NCBI RefSeq assembly: GCF_001194135.2
Contig: NC_068982.1
Location: forward strand, 84,145,111-84,209,110
From: Octopus bimaculoides
Taxonomy: Eukaryota
DNA: 64,000 bases
Direction of reading: 5' to 3'
Position numbers and translations under genes: made by a program
Notes under the pieces: model-generated
What the model was told of the DNA's origin: nothing
Seen by the model: only the letters and a program-made list of their open reading frames with translations
Database searches by the model: none
Part shown: positions 24,599 to 36,789 of the stretch, piece after piece
Numbering within the stretch: position 1 is the stretch's first letter
Layout of the letters: each line of letters begins with the position of its first letter

Positions 24599-25199
24599 AA
24601 AACAGACAGAGTGAGAAACAGAGAGAAAGAGACACAAGCGAGACAGAAAGAGATTGAAAGCGTGTGCGTGTGTATCTTTGAATGACAACTGTATTAACGT
24701 TACTATCCCACTGCCACTCCATATTTGTCACTTACACAACTCTGTCCTCTCCTTCCTGATATCAGTTACATTCTCTATGCTACTGTTTCCCCTCACACTA
24801 TCGCTAAGGAAGACAAAAATGATGAACACAAAATCCTCGATTGAAGACAGCTACAAAGCAAACTAAAACTATTGCTCATTGGTTGATTGAATTGAAAATT
24901 AACCAATAAAACATTATTACCATGCAAACCTCAACGGCCCCTTTGCACTTTTATTGGCAAGCTAGACATGTATTGTCAGGACACGCAGAAAGACTTGACT
25001 ATAACATTCTGTTGTTAGTAACAACACGCCTGACAGATAGTTATATGCTCCTTACAATATTAGAGTGCAAGGCTTAGTGGTTAGGGTGTTGCACTTGCTA
25101 TCTAGCGATGGTGATTTCTCTTCCTTGACTGGGTGGTTTGTTGTGTTCATGATTGAGCAAAACCCTTCACCTCCAGTTGCTTTGCGACATATTCCAAAA

Positions 25200-26083
25200 G
25201 ATTGCTTTAACATTTTTAAGACCACATATAGCATTTTTTCTAAGCATTTAGTAGAAAAAACTTTATCTAGCATTTAGCAGGGAAAATAGCAGTTTGAGAA
25301 ATGTTGCTTTTATTGAAGAATTTCTTAATCCTAACCCAAATTTAGGCTACAGGTATGAGAGAAAGATGGCAAAAGTGATAATCAAGAAGACTAGAAAATA
25401 ATATTCATAAAAGAGCTCAACGATTTTTACTCAGCCTTTATAAAGAACTCAAGCAACATTTGCAAGAAAACTTCTCATGCTGAGGAGTATCAAATGTTTT
25501 TCAGTAGAGAAATACTTTGAGACATTTAAAAGAGCCAATTTTTCCTGTCATAGAAACAATGCATTTAGATGAAGAAAAAATTGCTTCAGTTGAAATTCAA
25601 TTTAATAGCATCCATTTTATTAAGTGAACAAATCCATCTAATACTGAGACATTCTGGTTAGAAGTTTTAGATTATAAAGATACCACTGGAGGAAATCCTT
25701 TTAGAGATGTTGCAAAATATTAATATTGCAAAACTCAAATGCCAAAATTGAACAGTTGTTCATCAAATCAAAACTGAAAAACAAAATACAGCTTCCTTTG
25801 CTTTCTGTAAAATATGACCTAAAAAGATATGGGAAGCACTGCAAAAACTTTGACCTTCCAAAACCTATATTTGACAAGATTGGGACCTTGAAAGTGAACA
25901 CATCTGTGAAATTAAAGAAATTATTTCTCAGTGCTGAATGTAATTAGGGAATGTAAATAGAGACGAATTTTTTATAATATAATTAGCCTTTAGTAAGTTT
26001 TTCTGTGCAGCATATTTTTAGCATTTTTGGCTTTTTTCTATTGAAATTTAGCATAAAATTGTGATTTTATTTTGGCAACATTA
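25200..26083 (+). mobile_element. Internally deleted hAT transposon remnant
   Basis: C-terminal dimerisation-region remnant ('FWLEVLDYKDTTGGNPF', 'NSNAKIEQLF') and right end 'tggcaacatta'. Homologous to 41801-43604. Confidence 0.75.
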
Positions 26084-26850
26084 ACTCTGACACATTTCAC
26101 ATAAATATCTACAAAAATAACTTGAAGTTTTGTAAAAGAATTGTGTCAGTATGTATGTGCCCACTAATTTTTACTACATTTTTTACATATAAATTGCCAT
26201 ATAATCGTAATCTACATCATCTGAAAGGTATTTGTAGAGATTTTCATTTGAAAAATAATTTTTCTGAAAGTTTTGAGGAAAGAAAATTGGTGAGGGCTCA
26301 ATTGTGTAGGCATGACAAGAATCAGAATCAACAACAAAGTATCCATTGTTTATTATTATATTCTGCAATATCAGTCATTTATATTTTTTTACATTGATGT
26401 AAATAATATATAATTGCACTAATATGTGACTCAGCTTTCCATTATAGACTGGCAAGTACAACTACAGGCCACTATACTTATAATTTTAAGTTGTTTTGAG
26501 CTACAAAGCTGGATGCCTTTTATTCTTTGAGGTCATTCCCACCTCTTTTTTCATAATTTTTCAGTTTTGACTTTCTTTTGAAAATTTCTTCAGTTTTATA
26601 AAGCAGGTGTCTTTGAAGAATCATAATCTTAGATGTTTAAAACATAAAGCTGGAAAAAAAATGAAAAGAAAGTCAAAAGTTAAAAATTACAAAACAATGA
26701 AGGATGAAAAAGATTGCCCCTTCCCTGTTATGATGCTTAAAACATATACATCTGAAGAATTATCTGGAGTAGATAATTAGGCTTGTTTATTTTGAGAAAT
26801 GTGTCACTTGTTATCATGCTTTTATGAAAAAAAAAAATACTGTAGCTATG

Positions 26851-26888
<38 letters not shown>

Positions 26889-27391
26889 GTATATATATAT
26901 ANNNNNNNNNNNNNNNNNNNNNNNNNNNNNNNNNNNNNNNNNNNNNNNNNNNNNNNNNNNNNNNNNNNNNNNNNNNNNNNNNNNNNNNNNNNNNNNNNNN
27001 NNNNNNNNNNNNNNNNNNNNNNNNNNNNNNNNNNNNNNNNNNNGGAGTCAGCACTGAATAACAACTTTCATTCATTTCAATTTGAGCATGAACACTTGAA
27101 GCAAATGTTTATTTTTTTCTTCTTTGGCTGTTCTAGAGGACTACTTGCAAAGTTTAAAGTTTCTTTTACAGAAAATATTAAATATTGAATTACAAGGAAC
27201 AAGTAAAATCCATTTTGTAACAGATATTTACTCCGCTATAAGCTACAAGAATGCAAAAAGAGTTCATTGTACTGCTATAGGAATAAACTCAAACTGGAAT
27301 ATCTAAGTTTAAAAGGTTTTTATCAACTAAAAATACAGTAATCTACAATACTAACAAAGATTGTTAAATTGTAAGCAAAACTAAACTTCAA

Positions 27392-27534
27392 TGCAATAAT
27401 AGTTTTATGCGGCGAGTTGCTACAGTCTCGACTAACTAGAAACTAACACTGAACACGTTGTGCCATAAACAGAACAGGCAAATATCAGCAGTCGAGACAA
27501 TCAAAGTCACGTGATCAAAACTAAAATCACAACA
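27392..27534 (-). mobile_element. 3' LTR of Ty3/Gypsy element (outer boundary uncertain)
   Basis: Begins TGTTGTG on the minus strand immediately after a PPT (forward ttttcccccct, 27535-27545). A second copy is at 34846-34986. Confidence 0.75.
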
Positions 27535-27659
27535 TTTTCCCCCCTAAAAAAAAAGAACAATTAACCAACAAAATGCAAAATACAAACATAATCACGAACC
27601 AATCACAACAATGTAATAATGAGGCATTTCATAAGTGTAACACATCATCAATCATAAAT

Positions 27660-30600
27660 TTAACCTATCAGGAACTTTTTTGCTCTGGATGAACACCAGT
27701 GCAAAGTAGTTTGAGGTTCTGGTTCTTGAGCTGGTGTAGGTGGGACAGAATCAATCATGGTATCTGAAAAATCACCATGGTGTTCATGCACTTGAGTAGG
27801 ATCAGTATCAGCAACATCAGTTTGATCCTTACTTGACTGATACTCCTCAGTTGTTTTTCCAGTAGGAGCTAAATCTCTAATGGACACAGTACTTTCATGT
27901 CCATCTGAGTACTGCACACTCCCATGGTTAGGGTTAATTTGTACCAATTGGGCTTCATCTACTAACGAGTCATACTTATTGCGTACATGTCATTTAACAA
28001 ACACTTTGTCAGGTCCTTGCATTAACCAAGTAGGAACAGAAACACCACACATAGAACGTCTAGGAAATTTAAAGAATCTCTCATATGGGGTCTCATTAGT
28101 TGCCATGCATAATAATGAACGTTGTGAATGTAAAAGTTCTAGAAGCATGACTTCCCATTGAGAAACTGGTAAATTTCTGCTACGTAAGGCCAATTTAATG
28201 GAATTCCATATCACTCCATTAGACCTTTCACATTGAATGAGTAATTGCTATATCCATATCGTACAGAAATTGTTTAAGTTCTTTAGATACAAAACATTTA
28301 GCATTATCACTATGAATAACAGCAGGAAATCCGAAAAGATTTAACAAAACCTTCAAATGACTAATAACGGAATGAGCACTAGTATCAGTACATGGAAAAA
28401 TAAACGAAAAATGTGAATACTCATCCACAACAGTTAAAAAATAATGGTTCTTCGACACTGAAGGTAGGGGTCTTTTAAAATCAATACTCAATCTTTCAAA
28501 TACTTGAGTAGATTTAATTACTGACGAAACAGAGGTTTTAGTAAAGCAAGGCTTCACCTCACAACATATTACACAATTATTAGTTATATGCTTTACATCA
28601 TCTACAGAATATGGTAAATTCTTAACTTTATATAATGAAACAATCATGTGATCCCAGGATGACACAGTGCTGCATGAACATGGTACAGCTCATTATCAGT
28701 CGTAGCTGCACAATAGGTACACGATAAAGCATCAGATGCAACATTAAACTTGCCTTGGCAGTAAATGATATCAAATTTATATTGGGATAGTTTGATTCGC
28801 CAACGCATTATCTTTTTGTTTTTAGGTTTACTGCGCTTTTGACAATTAAACATAAAAGCAACACTGTTTTGATCAGTTATTAATGTGAAGTTACGTCCAA
28901 GAAGAAAATGAGACCATTTTCTCACAGATTCTACAATCGTTGTCACCTCTTTTACAATACAAGAATAACGATGCTCGCTTGGGTTGAGGGTTCTTGAAAA
29001 AAATGCAACTGGCTTTCCATTTTGGTGTAAAATGCCAGATATAGCTACCTCTGGTGCATCTGTTTCTATTGAGAAAGGAAGGCTCTCCTCAATCACTTTT
29101 AAAGTAGCATTTGCTAAATCATCTCATAAAGTTTTTAAACTTGATGAGGCTTGTTTATTCAAAGGAAAATATTTAGTATCAACCAACGGTTTTATGTTGT
29201 CAGAGAATTTTGGAATCCAATTAGAATACGCAAATAGACCAACAATTCGACTCAATGCTTTGTGGGTAATAGGAATAGGTAGTTCTAGTAAGGGTTTTAC
29301 TCAGTCAGGGTCAGGTTTCAAGTTACCATTTTGAATTTCATAGCCAAGCAATCGAATCAGTGTAGTGCTGTAAATGCATTTGGCATCATTAAAAGTTAAA
29401 TTACAGTCTTTAGCAACTTGAAGAAAAAGTTTTAAATTTTGATCATACTCTTCCTTCGATTTACCACACACAGTTATGTTGTCGATATATGCAAAAGTAG
29501 CTCTACAATTATGGCTCTTGATTATATTGTTGATCACTTGCTGGAAACAGGGCACTGCATTTGTAGGTCCAAAAGCAATACATTTGCTTTGATACAATTT
29601 TCCCAGTGCTTCAAAAACTGTGTAAAGTCGATCTTCAACTGGAATCTCAACTTGATGATACGCACTTTTGGGATCCAGTGTGCTAAAATAATTAAATTGA
29701 GCTATTTTTGTGACCATGTAATGCATATTTGGCAGTGGATATCCATTTAATTGTGTAAACTTATTTATAGTCTCACAATAATCAATACACAGTCTCTTGC
29801 AATGATTTTCTCCTGATATTTCCAACATTTGGGCTCGCCAGAAAGAAACACTGGGTTCAATTACCCCTTCTGCCAGATCTTGGCTTATAGTATCAGCAAT
29901 AAATGTTTCATAATTGGCGGACTGTCTTCTCGATTTCATAACTATGGGTTTACAGTCAAGAGTTTAAATTTTCAAACAACTTAGTTGTAATTTCACTTTT
30001 AATGCAATTTAGAGCTCCCAAATGTAACGAGGGCTTTTTGCTGTCAAAGGTAATTTGTACATGTTGATGCTGTTTTAAGAAATTTTGTCCTAAAATTATA
30101 TCTACAAACAAATTAAGTACCACCAGCTTTACTTGCTCGTAAATTCTTCTTTGAAGTTCAATTGAACCCATAGAATAACCGTCGCTTTGGGAACAATTTC
30201 CATTGACAGCCATGTTAATTTCATTCCTTTCGGACTTCACCACCAATTTGTTTTTCTTTGCAAAGTCTTTGCTAATATGATTCATAGTAGAGCTGGTATC
30301 AATCAAAGCAAATGCTTTCACACCATCAACTGTTATTGTATAATTAACTTTAGTAGCAGCTCCACCTTGACATAAAAACACAGTTATCAAGAGCTGCTAA
30401 TGTCTTGAGTGGCATTCTTTAGCAAAATGACCAAAATATCCACATTTGTAACACTTGCTCCACTTAGCAGGACACTTAAACCTCAAGTGAAAGTCATTAG
30501 ATCCACAAAAGGTGCAGGATTTTCAAGTTCGTTTTGTTGCTGCACAAGCTGTGTTTCCGTCAGGAATTGAGATTTTGTCTTCTTCACGTGGAATAAACGT

Positions 30601-31198
30601 TGACAAACAACTTCCCTGGCTGTTTATAGCAGTATGACTGCTATTATACACTTTGGAATTCCTTTGAGCAACTTCCAGTGTGCGAGCTTGGTTAAATATC
30701 GCTTCTAAAGTTATCGCAACATCTTGAACATTTTTTAAAAGTCTAAAGTGAGTTGAAGATGACGTTAATCCCAAGATAAATGCGTCATGAACAGCTTCAT
30801 TTTTATGAGTCTCAGCGTCCACTGCTCTGTCCCTGCAATCTTTAGCTAGTCATTTCAATTTCTGTAAATAGTCATCAACTGATTGACCTGGTCTTGTTTG
30901 ACATCAAAAGGTGTCTCACAAAAATAATGTTCAAGGGTTTCACGTACAGCCTCACCAGAGTTTGAATTGCTTCTGCATAATTCTCACATTCACTTATGAG
31001 TTCATGAATGTCTTTATATTATGTGCACTATCAAACACCTAAGCTTGCTTTCATCAGTGATAGGCTGTTCAGCAGGAAATAATTCTAAAAAACTTATAAA
31101 AGTTCTGAACCAACATTTCCATTCTATTGAAGCTTGACTCAAACTTGGATCATTGGATCAGTGGTGAACAAATTTGGTTTTATAAACTTGCTGTCCAT
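27660..31198 (-). pseudogene. Ty3/Gypsy gag-pol remnant (gag with CCHC knuckle, PR, RT, RNase H, IN)
   Basis: CYKCGYFGHFAKEC at ~30400-30450; 'ALIDTSS' protease; RT 'YIDN' (YxDD broken); RNase H 'IETDA...VAFFSRTL'; integrase 'ERLSIDFKRPLP...IHSDNA'. The PR-RT-RH-IN order indicates Gypsy. Many stops and frameshifts. Confidence 0.96.
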
Positions 31199-31219
31199 TC
31201 TCTCTCTCTAGCTATTATT

Positions 31220-34200
31220 CATCATCATCATCATCGTCGTTTAACGTCTGCTTTCCATGCTAGAATGGGTTGAACAGTTTGACTGAGGACTGGCGAGCCA
31301 GAAGGCTGTACCATATGTGCTACCTGCACAGGAGCCAGTCCGGCAGCACTGGCAATGACCTCGCTTGAATGTTGTTTTTCACATGCCACCAGGACATGTG
31401 CCAGTAAGGTGACGCTGGCAACAATCACGCTCAAATGGTGCTTTTTACGTGCCACCAGCACGGGAGCCAATCCGTGGCCCTGGCAACGATCACGCTCGGC
31501 TGTGCTTTTAACATTTCACTGGCACGAGTGTCAATTAGGTGGTACTGTCATCGGCCACATCAGCGATTTTGATTTTGATTTCGCTTGCCTCAGTAGGTCT
31601 TTGCAAGCAAAGTTTGTTGTCCAATGAATGAGGGGTATTCATAAGTGGCCTGGTTACACCCCATGCTTGGATGTGCTTTTAACATTCCACTGGCACAAGT
31701 GCCAGTCAGGTGGTACTGTCATCGGTCATATCAGCAATTTTGATTTTGATTTCACTTGCCTCAATAGGTCTTCGCAAGCAAAGTTTATTGTCCAATGAAT
31801 GAGGGGTACTCATAAGTGGACTGGTTACACCCACTGGCATAGGCCATGGGCTATGGTCTCACTTGGCTTGCCGGGTCTTCTCAAGCACAGCATATCTCCA
31901 AAGGTCTCGGTCACTAGTCATTGCCTCAGTAAGGCCCAATGTTCAAAGGTCGTGCTTCACCACCTCATCCCAGGTTTTCCTGGGTCTACCTCTTCCACAG
32001 GTTCTCTCAACTGCTAGGGTGTGACACTTTTTCACACAGCTGTCCTTGTTTATTTGCAACACATGACCATACCAGCACAGTTGTCTCTCTTGCACACCAC
32101 ATCTGATGCTTCTTAAATCCAACTTTTTTCTCAGGGCGCTTACATTCTGTTGTGTATGCACATTGACATTACACATCCCAGAGTATACTGACTTCATTTC
32201 TTGCAAGCTTACGCATGTCCTCAGCAGTCATAGCCTATATTTCACTGCCATGTAGCATGGTTGTTTGTACACATGAGTCATACAGTCTACCTTTTACTCT
32301 GAGCAAGAGGCCCTTTGTCGCCAGCAGAGGTGGGAGCTCTCTCAACTTTGCCCAGGCTATTCTCATTCTAGCAGCTACAGAGTATCCACCCCCGCTACTG
32401 ACTTGTTCCCCTTGGTAATAGAAGCTATCAATTACTTGTAGTTTTTCTCTCTGGAATGTGACAGAAGTTGTCTCTGCACATTTTCAGTGTTTATAGCACC
32501 TGAACATATGCCACATACAAAAACTATCTTCCCAGTTAGCCTTCCTTTGATATTGCTGCACCTCTTATGTGTCCATAGCTTACATTGGCTACATCTTATG
32601 GAATTTCTACCTACACCTTTTCTACAGATTGAGCAGGGCCATCTACCTGAAAGGATTTGTGGTTTGTCTGCCTTCCTACTTATTAAGACTTTGGTTTTAG
32701 CTAAGTTGATTCTAAGGCCCTTCGATTCTAATCTTTGGTTCCACACCTGAAACTTTTCTTCTAGTTCTGATAGTGACTCAGCAATTAGAGCAAGGTCATC
32801 AGCACATAGGAACTCCCAGGGGCATCCTGTCTTGAATTCCTCTGTTATTGCCTGGAGGACTATGATGAATAAGAGGGGACTGAGGACTGATCCTTGATGG
32901 ACCGCTACCCCGACCTGGAATTCTTCACTGTACTCGTTACCAACCCTCACCTTACTGACAGCGTCTCCGTACATGGCTTGCACAGCTCTCGCTAACCATT
33001 CATCTATCCCTAGTTTCCTCATTGACCACCAGATAAGGGATCGGGGGTCCTTGTCAAAGGCTTTCTCCATGTCAACAAAAGCCAGGTACAGAGGTTTATC
33101 TTTGGCTAAGTATTTCTCCTGCAGCTATCTTACCAGAAATAGCATCAGTGGGTCTTTTCCTTGGCACGAACCCAAACTGCATCCCATCTAGACTGACTCT
33201 CTTATTTCATTACCTGATCCAACAACTTGATACCTCTGTAATTACTTGTATCTAAAGCGTCATCTTTACCTTTGTAGCAGTTGACTATAGTGCTGCTGCA
33301 CCAGTCATTGGATATAACTCCTTCATGTATCACCTGGTTAACTATAAGGGTGACTAGGTGATACATGAAGGAGTCATAGCCAATGACTGGTGTAGCAGCA
33401 CCATAGTCAACTGCTACAAAGGTAAAGGTGACGCTTTAGATACAAATAATTACAGAGGTATCAAGTTATTGGATCAGGTAATGAAGAGACTATACAGGTC
33501 ACTAGGCTATAGCCAACACTGCCAGATATTTTGAGCATCTCTGCGGTGATTCCTGATGGGCTGGGGGCTTTTCCTGTCTTCACACTCTTAATTGCTCTAT
33601 CTACCAAGGTACTGTCAATTCGGATAGCTGGTCCCTCTGTTGGGTTGGTATTTGGCAGATTCTCTTTCTCCCATTCATTCTCTTTATTTAGTAACCTTTC
33701 ATAGTGGCGTCTCCAAACCTCTCTCTTTGCAGCTTCGTTTAATGCAAGTGAACCATCATTCATGTGGACACATTTCTCTCCCACAACATCATGATTCTCT
33801 CTCACACACTGTCTTGCAACACGAAATACTTCAAGTCTTTGATCCTCATGGTGCAGAACATTGGCAAATTTTTTTCATATCTGCTTCCCCTCTGGCTAAA
33901 TAAACTTGTCTCCTAGCTTCCCTTCTGGCAGTCTGATACACTTCCCTGCTACCACTGTTCTTCCAGTCCTTCCAAGCCTGTTTTTTTTCCCTAATGGCCG
34001 TGAACAACATTGTTCCGCCACCACGTTACCTTGGGTCGAGATGGGACTTTGCACCATCCACAGATCTGGTCAGTAGCCCTCAGCAGGTTGTTCCATAGAA
34101 ACCTCCAGTTGTCTTCCACATCATGTGATGCTATATCCTCCTCTATTTCGTCTGAAGCTTGAAGTAATACGTCTCTAAATCTTTGTCCATTCGCAGGATC

Positions 34201-34843
34201 TTTAAGCTTCCAGACCCTTCTCCTCCATGCTGGTCGTCTTCTGGGCATCCATGTAGCCCTGATCCTAAAGTCGCTAGCTACTAGTCTATGTTGAGGGGTA
34301 CATTCTTCACCTGGGAAGGTTTTGGCATTTATAAGCAGCCCTCTTTCTCTTTTTCTTGCGAGGATGTAGCCAATTTGGCTAGTGTGTCTACCAGAACGGT
34401 AGGTGACTATGTGATTGGCAGGTTTCCTGAAGTTAGTATTGCAAACCATAAGATCGTTTGCATCGCAGAACTCCAGCAGCCTGGTTCCCTCCTCATTGTG
34501 GGAACCAAAACCATAGCCTCCATGTACGCCATGGAAGCCCCCTGCATGTTGTCCAAAATGTCCATTGAAGTCACCAGCTATAAAGAGAAGGTCCCTGTCA
34601 TTTGTCAACGAGGTAGTCTGCAAGACGGTGTCATAAAATTGGTCTTTCTGTCCATCAGGTAGCTCTGGTTGAGGGACATAGGCCGAGATAATGGTTGCTA
34701 ACCCATGATGTAGCACTAATCTAATCTTAAGTATTCTATCACATACTCTGACTACCTTGATTACCTTATCAATCCATTTCTCTGCCAGAAATATACCCAT
34801 GCCCCCGACCTGAAAAGAAAGCTCACATTTGGCAGAATTCATA
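31220..34843 (-). mobile_element. Near full-length RTE LINE (subfamily 1), inactive, nested in the Gypsy element
   Basis: APE ORF 33991-34842 (MNSAKCELSFQV..., AGDFNGH), RT ORFs 33461-33805 and 32432-33070, and (ATG)n tail at 31220. Confidence 0.96.
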
Positions 34844-34845
34844 TA

Positions 34846-34986
34846 AGTTGCTAGTCTCGACTAACTAAAAACTAACACTGAACACGTTGTGCCGTAAACA
34901 GAACAGAACTCTGCGCAGTTGCACTGCAGGCAAATATCAGCAGTTGAGACAATCAAAGTTATGTGATCAAAACTAAAATCACATCA
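34846..34986 (-). mobile_element. 5' LTR fragment of the Gypsy family
   Basis: Near-identical to 27415-27534 apart from a 23-bp extra segment. Starts TGATGTG. No TSD could be matched. Confidence 0.8.
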
Positions 34987-35109
34987 CGCGTCATCAATAT
35001 CCAACCAAACAAAAATCAGAAGCAAACCACCTAGTAGAAGAAATTCCTTAGTGCAGGCAAGAATAAAGTGCCATTTGTGGAATGCCTTTTTTATGCCTGG
35101 CAGAAGTGC

Positions 35110-36200
35110 CCAGCAGATCATCATTATCATCATCATCATTTAATGTCCATTTTCCATGTTGTCATAGATTGGATAGGTTGACTGGATCCAACACACTACA
35201 GAGCAATGTCAAGCCCCATTGTCAGTACAGGCATGGTTTCTATGTTTGGATGTCCTTCCTATCACCAACCAGTTCACAGTGTTCTGGTTACCTTTTATGA
35301 CACCAACACTGGACAAAAAACAAAAGAAAGGAAAAAGCCTCTTTGACTGAATGGAAGTGTATTTAAGAGAGGAGGAGGTGGCTTCATACCAGGTGTTGAA
35401 GTCTAAAGCATGATAGACAAGCACAGGTTTTTACTATAGAGGAGATACATGACCATCCAGCATTATTTGGGGGTGAGTGAGAATAATTGGAAGCGAGATA
35501 AAGATGGTGGTGACAAGGTGCTAGAGCATAATCTCAAGATACAAGAAGGAGAGTGTAAGGGAGAAAGAATAGAGATAGTTGATCAGGAGGGAGAAAAGGA
35601 TAGGTAATTTCATAAAGTGTGCAAGAATTGTAAAGAATGGTTAGAGATGAGGCTAGAAGTGAATGTTGTGAGTGATGAACAAGGTAGAGGATGGTTGATG
35701 GTAAATAATTATGGATAGGCTATGTGAGAAAGATAGAAGTGACCTAAGATATAGCTCAGAAGGAAGGAGGAAGTTACTGAAGACACAGAAGAAGAGTGAT
35801 CAGGGCAAAGTAGTAGGGACAGCGATAATAATGGAATTGAGGTAACTGGTAGTGCCAAAGGCAGGAATGAAGTATGATTCTACTGTCAAATGACTACAGC
35901 AGCTGAGTAGTACCATAGTCAGAAGGATGGGTGTTAGAAAGATGAGACTTTGTCCCACTTCTCCTGGGTCTTCTCTTCACAAATCCCATCCACATTTAGC
36001 AATTAACACATTTTTATGTGGCCATCCATTCACATCACATGACCATACCCATGCAGTCTTTTGTCTTGCATACTTCATCTGATGCCTCATATGCTAAATT
36101 TTTCTCTCAATACATTTGCTTTTTGTTGTAAATGCACTGACATTGCCCAATTCTCTATATTCAGTCAACCTTGTAGCATTTTGTTTAGCACACAAGCATC
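35110..36200 (-). mobile_element. 3' fragment of RTE subfamily 2 (long pyrimidine-rich 3'UTR)
   Basis: RT C-terminal remnant at ~35950-36200, plus the 'tatagaggagatacatg' motif shared with 44170-45330 and 47215-48300. Confidence 0.65.
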
Positions 36201-36689
36201 ATGATGTCTACCTTTCACTCAGAGAGAAGCCTTTTTCCGACCAACAGTTAATTTTTTCTTTCTCTCCCCTTCCCCTACTAGATATGAGTAACCATGCACA
36301 ACCTGCAATAAGAACATTCACTGCTCCCACTTCTCATTGTTCAATCTTTCATCCACTAGCATGACCTGACTACCCTCAGGTCTTATAGTTCAGTGAGCTG
36401 CATGGTGACGTCAATAGTGGTATGAAAAAGCACCCACTCCATGCTGTAAAGTGGCTGGCATTAGGAAAGGCATCCAGCTGTAGGAGCCATGCCAAAATAG
36501 ACACTGTAGCAGAATGCAGTCCTTGGGTGCATCAGATCCTGTCAAACTGTCTAACCTATGCCACCATGGAACAGATTTTAAATGATGATGATGATGATTT
36601 ATATTTGTGTGTGTGTATACATATGTATTATACATTTGCATATGTATATTTATTTACATAGAGTACATATAAAAAGTTCTGAATATTTT

Positions 36690-36739
36690 TCTCCCTCGTG
36701 CACTGACCACTACCCTCTCTCTTTCTCTGCCTCACTCTG

Positions 36740-36789
<50 letters not shown>

